NCBI GenBank assembly: GCA_963766735.1
Contig: CAVYBU010000003.1
Location: forward strand, 96,001 to 160,000
Reading direction: 5' to 3'
DNA length: 64,000 nt
DNA from: an uncultured Chloroflexia bacterium
GTDB lineage: Bacteria > Chloroflexota > Limnocylindria > Limnocylindrales > CSP1-4
Part shown: piece by piece, positions 10,157 to 18,325 of the stretch
Layout: each line of letters opens with the position of its first letter
Position numbering within the stretch: position 1 is the first letter of the stretch
Made by a program: the position numbers and the translations under genes
The notes under the pieces: model-generated
Seen by the model: the letters and a program-made list of their open reading frames with translations, nothing else
What the model was told of the DNA's origin: nothing
The model's database searches: none

Positions 10157-11871
10157 TCCGCCTCTCCGCCGTGGAATACCGGGAGCGCTACGGGCCCACC
10201 ACGGGCGACCGGATCCGGCTGGGAGACACGGACCTCTGGATCCGCGTGCAGGAGGACCGCACCGCGCCCGGCGACGAGCCGATCTGGGGCTATGCCAAGA
10301 ACCTCCGGATGCGCATGGCGCAGACCGAGGGGCCCGCGGGACCGTCCGAGCTCGATTTCGTCATCGCCGGCGCGCTCGTCGTCGATCCCGTCATCGGCGC
10401 CGTCAAGGCGGACATCGGCATCAAGGACGGCAGGATCGCCGGTATCGGGCGCGCGGGAAGCCCCGAGATCAGCGATGGCATCGACCTGGTCGTCGGCCCG
10501 CACACCAAGCCGTACATGGCCTACGGGATGATCGTCACGCCGGGCGCGGTGGACTCGCACGTCCACACCATCAGCCCGGAGCTGCTCCCGGCGGCCCTCG
10601 CCGCGGGCGTGACCACGTTCATCACCGCCGGGTTCGAGGAGCCGCCGTACGCGATGGAGCGGGTGCTGGCGGGGCTCGAGAGCTGGCCGGTCAACGTCGC
10701 GATGCAGGCGGGCGCCCGGGCCATCGAGGACGGGCACCTGGACGCGCTGCTCGAGGCCGGTGCGGTGGGCTTCAAGATCCACGAGGACAACGGCGCCGAC
10801 CCGGACCTCATCGACCACGTGCTGCGGTACGCGGACCTGCGCGACGTCTCCGTGAGCCTCCATACGGACGGCCTGCACGAGTCCGCCGAGCTGGAGGACA
10901 CCGTCGCGGCCATCGCCGGGCGCACCGTCCACGCCTACCACGTGGAGGGGACGGGAGGCGGGCACGTGCCGGACCTGCTGGGACTGGTCCGCGAGCCGTC
11001 GATCCTGTGCTCGTCCACCACGCCCACGCTGCCGTTCGGCGTGCACGCGGCGGTGGAACACCTGCCGATGACGGTCCTGAACCACGGCCTGTCCTGGAAC
11101 GTTCCGGGGGACGTGGCGCTCGTTCTGGAGCGCATCCTGGAGGCCCGGATGGCGGCGGAGGGGCCGCTGCACGAGCTGGGGGCGATCGGGATCATCAACA
11201 GCGACTCGCAGGGGATGGGGCGCATCGGCGAGACGGTGCGGCGGGCTTTCCAGCTGGCGCACGTGATGAAGGCCTGGCGCCGTTCCGGGGCTGCCGACGG
11301 GTTGCCGGGCCTGCCCGATGATGACGGCCTCCTGGACCCCGACGATCGGGACGACACGGCGCGCGTGCTGCGCTACCTGGCGAAGGTGACGATCGAGCCC
11401 GCGATCACGCACGGCATCTCGGACCATGTCGGGTCGCTACAGGTGGGGCGGCTGGCGGACCTCGTGATATGGAAGCCCGGGTTCTTCGGCGTGAAGCCCG
11501 AGTGGGTGTTCAAGGGCGGCTTTCCGGCCTGGGGACCGCTGGGCGATGGGAACGCGTCGCTGGAGCGCACGGAGCCAACCCGGTACCGGCCGGACTGGGC
11601 CGGGATCTCCACGGCCGCGCCAAAGGTCACGGTCACCTTCGTGGCACCCGGGATCGATCGCGTGGGACTGGCACGGCGGCTGGGAACCCGGCGGGCGCTG
11701 CTCCCGGTCCACGGCCTGCGCGGGCTGACGCGTTCCTCGCTGCACGCCAACCGGGCCACGGCGCCGGTGGAGATCGACGTGCGGACGGGGGCGGTGTCCC
11801 TGGGCGGGCGGACGCTGGCCGTGGACCCGGTGACGGAGGTCCCGCTCAGCCGTCGCTACCTGCTGCGGTAG
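10153..11871 (+). CDS. ureC: Urease alpha subunit homolog (divergent amidohydrolase)
   Basis: YGPTTGDRIRL, DSHVH, FKIHED, LHTD, YHVEG.GGGH, SDSQGMGR; ATGA overlap with the upstream gene. Confidence 0.88.
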   Translation: MIRLSAVEYRERYGPTTGDRIRLGDTDLWIRVQEDRTAPGDEPIWGYAKNLRMRMAQTEGPAGPSELDFVIAGALVVDPVIGAVKADIGIKDGRIAGIGRAGSPEISDGIDLVVGPHTKPYMAYGMIVTPGAVDSHVHTISPELLPAALAAGVTTFITAGFEEPPYAMERVLAGLESWPVNVAMQAGARAIEDGHLDALLEAGAVGFKIHEDNGADPDLIDHVLRYADLRDVSVSLHTDGLHESAELEDTVAAIAGRTVHAYHVEGTGGGHVPDLLGLVREPSILCSSTTPTLPFGVHAAVEHLPMTVLNHGLSWNVPGDVALVLERILEARMAAEGPLHELGAIGIINSDSQGMGRIGETVRRAFQLAHVMKAWRRSGAADGLPGLPDDDGLLDPDDRDDTARVLRYLAKVTIEPAITHGISDHVGSLQVGRLADLVIWKPGFFGVKPEWVFKGGFPAWGPLGDGNASLERTEPTRYRPDWAGISTAAPKVTVTFVAPGIDRVGLARRLGTRRALLPVHGLRGLTRSSLHANRATAPVEIDVRTGAVSLGGRTLAVDPVTEVPLSRRYLLR

Positions 11872-11921
11872 CGTCCCGCCAGCGGGGACGGCGGCGTCGA
11901 CGGGCCCGGAAGTCGCGACGC

Positions 11922-12974
11922 CTACCAGATGTCCCCGACCGTGAACCCCTCGGGGAACGGGTCCGTGGGATCCACGACGTATGACGCGAAGCCCGTGATC
12001 CACGCCGTGCCGGTGATGGACGGGACGATGGCGGCACGCTCACCCACGGCTGTCTCCGCCTCCACCCGTCCAGCGAACACCGTGTCCAGGATGCTCTCGT
12101 GGCGGAACTCCTCACCCAGGCGGAGGCGGCCCCGTGCGTGCAGCGTGGCCATCTTTGCGCATGTCCCGGTCCCGCACGGAGAGCGATCCAGGACGCCGGT
12201 CCACGTGGACGGATCAGACCAATCGAGCGTTCGCGTGGAGACCGTCGTGGCGTTGCGCCACGAGTTGCGTGGGTCGTGCGGTGGACCGGACAGCTGGCCG
12301 ATGGTGATGCCGGCGAACCCGGGCTGCTCGGGGTGGACGACCGGGAGCTGCTCCGCTGCCGCCGCCTTGATCATCTCTGTGACGCGGGTGATGTCGCGAC
12401 CCTCGTCAGGGACAAGCCGAAAGCCGAGCGCCTCCGCGTCCGCGATGACGTGGAACATGCCGCCGTACGCCACGTCCACGGTCACCGTGCCCAGCTCCGG
12501 CACCTCGATCGGCGCGTCCAGGTGTGTGGCGAACGCCGGGACGTTGCTGAACGTGACACCGGTGACCTTGCCTCCGGCGCAGGTGGCGCGGATCCGGATC
12601 AGGCCGGCGGGCGCCTCCAGGACGATCTCGGTCACGGGTTCGTGCATCGGCAGCATGCCCGTCTCGAGCAGCGCGGTGGCGACGCAGATCGTGTTGGACC
12701 CGGACATGCCCGGGTACTCGACGTGCTCCATGATCACGAACCCCGCATCGGCGTCCGGCTGCGTGGGCGGCAGGATCACGTTGGCGCACAGGGCGGGGTA
12801 GCCGCGCGGCTCGCGGAGCAGGAGGCGCCGGAGCGAGTCGCCGTGGTGCTCGAGGTGCTGCGCCTTGTCGAACATGGTGGCGCCGGGGACGTCCAGCACG
12901 CCCCCGACGACGACGCGCCCCGGCTCGCCTGCCGCATGCAGGTCGACCGCCTGGATCATCCGCGCGAGCCGCAT
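11922..12974 (-). CDS. Proline racemase / hydroxyproline epimerase family protein (Ser/Cys catalytic pair)
   Basis: DLHAAGEPGR, EPRG, MSGSN, DRSPCGTGT; RBS AAGGAGG before ATG 12974. Confidence 0.9.
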   Translation of the reverse strand: MRLARMIQAVDLHAAGEPGRVVVGGVLDVPGATMFDKAQHLEHHGDSLRRLLLREPRGYPALCANVILPPTQPDADAGFVIMEHVEYPGMSGSNTICVATALLETGMLPMHEPVTEIVLEAPAGLIRIRATCAGGKVTGVTFSNVPAFATHLDAPIEVPELGTVTVDVAYGGMFHVIADAEALGFRLVPDEGRDITRVTEMIKAAAAEQLPVVHPEQPGFAGITIGQLSGPPHDPRNSWRNATTVSTRTLDWSDPSTWTGVLDRSPCGTGTCAKMATLHARGRLRLGEEFRHESILDTVFAGRVEAETAVGERAAIVPSITGTAWITGFASYVVDPTDPFPEGFTVGDIW

Positions 12975-13005
12975 CCGGCGTCCTCCTTGATCCCGTCGGG
13001 CGGCC

Positions 13006-13464
13006 CTAGCGCCTGCGCGCGTCGGCGACCTGGCGTTCCATGTCCCGCTTCGCGTCGCGCTCCGCGATCTCGCGCCGCCTGTCCCACGTCTGCTTGCCGC
13101 GCGCGAGGCCGAGCTCAACCTTCGCCCTGCCGCGGGAGATGTAGATCGAGAGGGGCACGATCGTCAGGCCCTTGGCCTTGGTCTTGCCCAGGAGCTCGTC
13201 GATCTCGCGCCGGTGGAGCAGCAGCTTCCGGGCACGCTTCGGCTCGTGGTTGAAGCGGACGTCGGTCGTCCCCCACGGGGCGATGTGGAGGCCGATGATC
13301 CAGGCCTCGTCGCGTTCGATGCGCGCGTAGGCGTCCGCGAGGCTCACCTTGTGGTCGCGGATGCTCTTGATCTCGGTGCCGCGCAGCACGATTCCGGCCT
13401 CGAAGGTGTCCTCGATGCTGTAGTCGTGGTGGGCTCTTCGGTTTCGGGCGATCGTGTCGCCCAT
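13006..13464 (-). CDS. smpB: SsrA-binding protein
   Basis: NRRAHHDY..EAGIVLRGTEIKS, RKLLLH, GLARGK; RBS AGGAGAGGAG before ATG 13464. Confidence 0.97.
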   Translation of the reverse strand: MGDTIARNRRAHHDYSIEDTFEAGIVLRGTEIKSIRDHKVSLADAYARIERDEAWIIGLHIAPWGTTDVRFNHEPKRARKLLLHRREIDELLGKTKAKGLTIVPLSIYISRGRAKVELGLARGKQTWDRRREIAERDAKRDMERQVADARRR

Positions 13465-13530
13465 GGCGGAGCTCCTCTCCTGGGGTGGAACGGCCAGTGT
13501 CGCACGGGCGACTCCGGACTCCGGACGCAC

Positions 13531-13560
13531 GAACGCCGGCCCGTTGCCGGACCGGCGTTC
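13531..13560 (-). terminator. GC-rich hairpin, probable intrinsic terminator
   Basis: GAACGCCGG...CCGGCGTTC 9-bp inverted repeat between the small ORF and smpB; the U-tract is weak. Confidence 0.6.
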
Positions 13561-13591
13561 ATTTGCTACCGACCACCCGTCGGGATCGCAA

Positions 13592-13642
13592 CTAGGCGGC
13601 GATCTCCAACGAGGTGGTGCAGCAACTACTACCGTCTATCAC
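13592..13642 (-). CDS. Putative 16-aa peptide MIDGSSCCTTSLEIAA
   Basis: AAAGGAGGTGAT SD at 13648-13659, GTG start 9 nt after AGGAGG, TAG stop; flanked by a promoter and a terminator. Confidence 0.6.
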   Translation of the reverse strand: MIDGSSCCTTSLEIAA

Positions 13643-13670
13643 TGCACATCACCTCCTTTCGTTCGGGAGG

Positions 13671-13699
13671 ACCGTAACCGATGATCCGGTTTGGTGCAA
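13671..13699 (-). promoter_or_regulatory. Sigma70-type promoter TTGCAC-N17-TACGGT
   Basis: -35 at 13694-13699, -10 at 13671-13676, exact 17-nt spacer, directly upstream of the strong SD. Confidence 0.6.
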
Positions 13700-13750
13700 C
13701 CCCGGTCCCGGCGAGGGATGCACAGCGGGCTCCTTCCGGGCCCGTCACGT

Positions 13751-13950
13751 ACCAGCGTGGCTGGTGATCGGCGCGATGCCGCCGGGTCGTGCCGCGTCCG
13801 AACGGTGCGGCCCAGGCAACCGGAGCGCGCAGACGGGGCCCCACAGGTCCGATCGAGCGCCGCCCGCGTTCCGGCCCCGACGAGCACCAGCTTGGCTGGT
13901 AGGTGACCGGAGCGCAGGCCCCGCGCCCGGCCGGTACCAGCTCCAGTGGT
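13751..13950. repeat. Three 15-bp ACCA-N7-TGGT palindromes
   Basis: ACCAGCGTGGCTGGT 13751-13765, ACCAGCTTGGCTGGT 13886-13900, ACCAGCTCCAGTGGT 13936-13950. Confidence 0.65.
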
Positions 13951-13995
13951 GCGTGTCGGGAGGTGCCGCGCGGCCGCGGCAGCCGAGCGCGGGAC

Positions 13996-15412
13996 TCAGG
14001 CGGCGGTACGGATGCCGAACCCCGTGACGGTCGCCCCCAGCTCCTCGAGCGCCGCGTCCAGGACCGGATCGTCGCCGGGCTTCGATGGAGCCGTGTCCAC
14101 CACGACGTCCGGCGTCAGGCCCTTGCCGTGGATCCAGGTCTTGTTCGGGGTCAGCCACTTCGCGATCGTCAACCGGAAGCCGCCGCTGTCGCCCTCGAGC
14201 TGTGTCCACTGCTGGACCGTGCCCTTGCCGAAGGTCTGGGTGCCGATCAGCTTCGCGCGCCCGCGATCCTGCAGCGCGCCGGCCACGATCTCGGATGCCG
14301 ACGCTGTGCCCCCATCGACGAGGACCACGAGCTGGATGGCAGGGTCCGCTGCCGCGCCGCCGGGCTGGGCCACGGTCTCGGTCAGGTTCCCGTCCGCGTC
14401 CTCCTGCCAGAAGACCGTGCCGTCCGCGAGGAACTGGCTGGCAACCTCGCGCGCCGCGGTCACGAACCCGCCGGGATTGCCCCGCAGGTCCAGGATCAGC
14501 TTCGTCCGCCCAGCCTTGACGTCCTCGGCCGCCGCCTCGTCCAGCGCCTCGGCCGAGTGGTCCGAGAACCCCGACAGGCGGATGTAGCCGACCGTCCCAC
14601 CGGCGAGATCCCGCGTCTGGACCTCCGGCGTGACGATCACGTCGCGCACGATCTCGATGTCGAGCTTCTCCGACCCGCGCTCGACCGACAGCACCACGGC
14701 GCTGCCCTTCGGTCCGCGGATCTGCCCGAGGGCCGCGTCGGTCGTGAGCCCGTCCAGCGGCTTGCCGTCGACCCTCGTGATCACGTCGCCCGGACGGAGG
14801 CCCGCCTTGTCCGCCGGTGAGCCCGGGATGGGTGCCACGACCGCAAGCCGGCAGTCGGCGCCGAGGGTTGTGCACCCCGAGGTGTCGCCGGCGGCGTCCA
14901 CCGTGCCGATCGTGGCCCCGATCCCCTCGAACTCGCCCGAGATGCTGCGGAGCGACTCCTTGTACTCGGCCGGGGTGAGGTACATGGAGTACGGGTCGCC
15001 AATGGCCGAGATCATCCCGTCGATCGCGCCCTGGATCAGGACGCGCCGGTCCACCTCGCCACCCGCGTAGCGCTCGGTCACCGCGCGGTACGCGTCCCAG
15101 AACGCCTGGAAGTCCTCGGCCTCGCTGGTCGGCGTGCCCGGGGTCAGCGCGGTCTGCCGGCCGAGGGTCCAGCCCGACAGGAACAGCGTTGCCCCGGCCA
15201 TCACCGCGATCAGCGCGATGGCGACGACGAGCACGCCGCCGCGGCGACCGGGTGGGGTGGCGGTGGCGGGCGCAACTGGTGGCGCGGGGAGCGGCCCGGG
15301 ATCCGGGGAGGCAGCGCTCGTCCGGCGCGCCGTCGGGTTCGCGGTCGGGTGCAGGAACCACCGGCGCTGCCTCGGCCGGGGTGTCCTGCGGGGTGGTCGG
15401 CTCAAGCTGCAT
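13996..15412 (-). CDS. Carboxy-terminal processing protease, S41 family (CtpA/Tsp-like); start uncertain, possible 1-nt frameshift near 15317
   Basis: TM anchor, GEFEGIG PDZ region, DLRGNPGG, TASASEI, TFGKGTVQ. Confidence 0.9.
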
Positions 15413-15581
15413 GAACGGATCTCGATCGGGTTCGGGTGCCGCTGTGGCGCGGGCCGCCAGCGTACAGCCGGACCCGGATCCGGGTCTTGAACGAGGTTGC
15501 GCGGAGGTGCCGGGCCGGCGCACCTGGCCGGGGTCCGGGCCGCCGGCGCACCCGAGCCGGGATCCCGAGTGCCGGCAGGTA

Positions 15582-16466
15582 TCAGCGGATCAGGTACGTC
15601 CGCACGGACACCCAGGAGCCCAGCACGCCCAGCCCCAGGCCCGTGGCGATCACGATCAGCGCCGTGTCCCGGCCGAGCGAGCCCAGCTGCAGCGGCAGCA
15701 CGTTGAAGAAGCCGACCATCGCCGCCGAGAGAGGATCGGCCGCGGCGACGAGCAGTCCGATGGTGATCAGCGCGCCCAGCAGTCCCACGAGAGCTCCCTC
15801 GAACACGAACGGCCAGCGGATGAACGCATCCGACGCCCCCACCAGCCGCATGATCTCGATCTCCTCGGCGCGCGCGACCACCGCGAGCCGGATGGTGTTC
15901 ACGATGATGAACAGCACGATCACCCCGACGACCGCCACCATCGCCACGCCAGCCGTGCGGACGAAGGACGTGATGGTGACCACGCGTTCGACCAGCGCCT
16001 CGATGTTCAGCACGCTGCGCACGATCGGCTCGTCGCGCAGTGCCGACGCCACCGCGTCCAGGTCGCGCGGTGTCCGGAGCCCGACGTTGATGCTGGCGTA
16101 GAGCGGATTGGCCTCGAGGTACTTCGTCAGGTCCTCGCGTCCCTGCGCCTCCTGCGCCTCACGGAACCTGCGGAGCGCCTCGTCACGCGACACGAACTCG
16201 ACCGAGGTCGACTCCGGCATCGCGTCGACCGTGGTCACGAGCGCATCGACCTGCTCCTGCGTGGCCGTGTTCTCGACGTAGGCGACCACCTCGACCTTCT
16301 GCTCGACATACGAGAGGCTGGCGAGGAGCACGTTCTGAAGGATCAGGAAGCTGGCCAGCAGCAGGAGCATGAGCACCATCGTGAGCGTGGCCGCGAGGCT
16401 CATCAGCGCGTTCCGCCAGAACCCCTGCCAGGCTCTCCGGAGCGAGAAGGCGACGAAGGTGATCAC
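15582..16466 (-). CDS. ftsX: Cell division permease FtsX
   Basis: Four-TM pattern, NTIRLAV..RAEEIEIMRLVGA, PF..EG. Confidence 0.95.
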   Translation of the reverse strand: MITFVAFSLRRAWQGFWRNALMSLAATLTMVLMLLLLASFLILQNVLLASLSYVEQKVEVVAYVENTATQEQVDALVTTVDAMPESTSVEFVSRDEALRRFREAQEAQGREDLTKYLEANPLYASINVGLRTPRDLDAVASALRDEPIVRSVLNIEALVERVVTITSFVRTAGVAMVAVVGVIVLFIIVNTIRLAVVARAEEIEIMRLVGASDAFIRWPFVFEGALVGLLGALITIGLLVAAADPLSAAMVGFFNVLPLQLGSLGRDTALIVIATGLGLGVLGSWVSVRTYLIR

Positions 16467-16472
16467 GATCCG

Positions 16473-17240
16473 TCAGTCCTCGCGATGATAGGTCGCGCCG
16501 ATCTCGTCGCGGATGACCCGGCCATCCTCCAGCGCCACGACGCGCTTTCGCAGCGCGGTGACCACGTCGGCCTGGTGGGTGGCCATCAGGATGGTGACCC
16601 CCATCCCGTTGATCCGGAGCAGGAGCTGGATGATCTCCCAGCTGATGACCGGGTCAAGGTTCCCGGTCGGCTCGTCCGCGATGATGAGGCGCGGGTCGTG
16701 CACGAGCGCACGCGCGATCGCCGTCCGCTGCTGCTCCCCGCCCGAGAGCTGGGTGGGGAGCTGGGCCGCCTGGCCCGTGAGGCCCACGAGCGCCAGGACG
16801 CGGTCAACGGACGGGCGCACGGCCTTCCGCGGCGAACCGGTGACCTCGAGCGCGAAGGCCACGTTCTCCCAGACGGTCTTGCGCGGCAGCAGCTTGAAGT
16901 CCTGGAAGACGATGCCGATCTTGCGGCGGACCTTCGGCACCATCCGGCGCGGGAGCCGGGCAAGGTCGTGGCCGTCCACCAGGACGTCGCCGCGCGTCGC
17001 CAGCTCATCGCGGATCAGCAGCTTCATCAGCGTGGACTTGCCGGCCCCGGATGGTCCGACCAGGAACACGAAGTCGCCCTCCGGCACCACGAGATCAACC
17101 TCGCGAAGTGCCTCATTGCCGTTGGGATAGCGCATCGTCACGTCGTGCAGGACGACGACGTTGTGATCCGCACGCTCCGGGCGACGGCGCCCGCGGAGGC
17201 GATCGAGGAGGGACGGCAGCGTGCCGGGGGAGGCGGTCAT
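16473..17240 (-). CDS. ftsE: Cell division ATP-binding protein FtsE
   Basis: GPSGAGKST, IGIVFQDFKLL, LSGGEQQR, ADEPTGNLDP; upstream of ftsX. Confidence 0.95.
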   Translation of the reverse strand: MTASPGTLPSLLDRLRGRRRPERADHNVVVLHDVTMRYPNGNEALREVDLVVPEGDFVFLVGPSGAGKSTLMKLLIRDELATRGDVLVDGHDLARLPRRMVPKVRRKIGIVFQDFKLLPRKTVWENVAFALEVTGSPRKAVRPSVDRVLALVGLTGQAAQLPTQLSGGEQQRTAIARALVHDPRLIIADEPTGNLDPVISWEIIQLLLRINGMGVTILMATHQADVVTALRKRVVALEDGRVIRDEIGATYHRED

Positions 17241-17301
17241 GGCTTGATCCCGAGGCTAGCACAGCGCGCCTCCACGTCCGTCCGGGTCGACGGGGCGACC
17301 C

Positions 17302-18321
17302 TCACACCAGCGCGAGCGAGATCGGCAGGTAACGCTCGAACGGGTGGGCCGCCGAGGACCAGCACAACAGCGCCGGAAAGCCGTCGAGCCGGAGGCCGGT
17401 CTCCAGCAGCGCCCGCGTTGCCTCCGCCGCGGTGCCCGGCACCCAGATCGCCACGGGGCCCAGGGCGGGCGTCTCGCGTACCACCGCGCCAAGGATCGCG
17501 GGGTGGAGCGCAGGATCCAGCGCGGCGACGGGCCCCAGCCGTCCCACGGAGCTCCCGTACCCATACCCGAGCGCCCGCCCGGTTCCCCGCTCGCGAACGA
17601 GAAAGCCGCTCCTCCCGTCCCGGCGGAGATACGCGTGGTCGGCGGGATGGGCCGCCCCCACGATCTCGCGGTCCAGCGTGTCGATGATGCCGGTCAGGCG
17701 CCGATGCCCGTCCCTGCCATCGGCGGCCATCGTCTCGAACGGCACGGACTCCAGCGTTGCGGGGAGGGGCGGGATGGCGGCCCAGCGCCGCGGCTCGCCG
17801 AACAGGCGCCAGACGGGCACCCGTGGCAGCATGCCGCGCCGTGCGTACATGCCGTTGGAGACGGGCTGCGCGGTGTCGGTGCCCACGCCCCAGGTGGTGA
17901 TGCCGCTGTCAAGCGGCTGATCCGGGCCCGGCACCGCCGGTCCACCCGGGTCCACGTCCCGGCCCGCCTGTGCCCGATCCAGCAGCGCAGACCCGACGCC
18001 GCGGGCCTGGGCGTCCGGCTCCACGAACAGCATGCCCAGGAACCAGAGCCCTTCGCGGACCGTCGCGGACGAGAAGCCGATCAGTCGCTCCGGTACCCCG
18101 ATCCCGCCATCCCCGGCAGGCGCCACGGCCACCCAGAACCGATCCGGATCCGTGGCCAGCACGTGGGCGAGCAGTCGCCGCAGGGGTCCGAGGTCGTTGG
18201 CGACCGGCGGCAGCCCGAACCCCGCCTGGTAGCCCTCGAGGCCGGCTCTCCAGATCCGGAGGCACGCGTCGAGGTCGTCGTCCCGCCCCGGCCTGTACGT
18301 GACGGCGGGGCCCGCAGCCAC
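17302..18321 (-). CDS. GNAT family N-acetyltransferase
   Basis: LFVEPDAQARGVGSALL acetyl-CoA motif A; GTG start just after the prfB stop. Confidence 0.8.
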   Translation of the reverse strand: MAAGPAVTYRPGRDDDLDACLRIWRAGLEGYQAGFGLPPVANDLGPLRRLLAHVLATDPDRFWVAVAPAGDGGIGVPERLIGFSSATVREGLWFLGMLFVEPDAQARGVGSALLDRAQAGRDVDPGGPAVPGPDQPLDSGITTWGVGTDTAQPVSNGMYARRGMLPRVPVWRLFGEPRRWAAIPPLPATLESVPFETMAADGRDGHRRLTGIIDTLDREIVGAAHPADHAYLRRDGRSGFLVRERGTGRALGYGYGSSVGRLGPVAALDPALHPAILGAVVRETPALGPVAIWVPGTAAEATRALLETGLRLDGFPALLCWSSAAHPFERYLPISLALV

Positions 18322-18325
18322 GGGC

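Noticed and set aside
13629-13649. Alternative micro-ORF ATG-TGC-AGT-GAT-AGA-CGG-TAG (MCSDRR) after the strong SD
   Set aside because: The ATG overlaps the SD itself; the GTG at 13642 has proper spacing.
13751-13950. Palindromic repeats as a CRISPR array
   Set aside because: They are only 15 bp, irregularly spaced (135 and 50 bp), and no cas genes are present.
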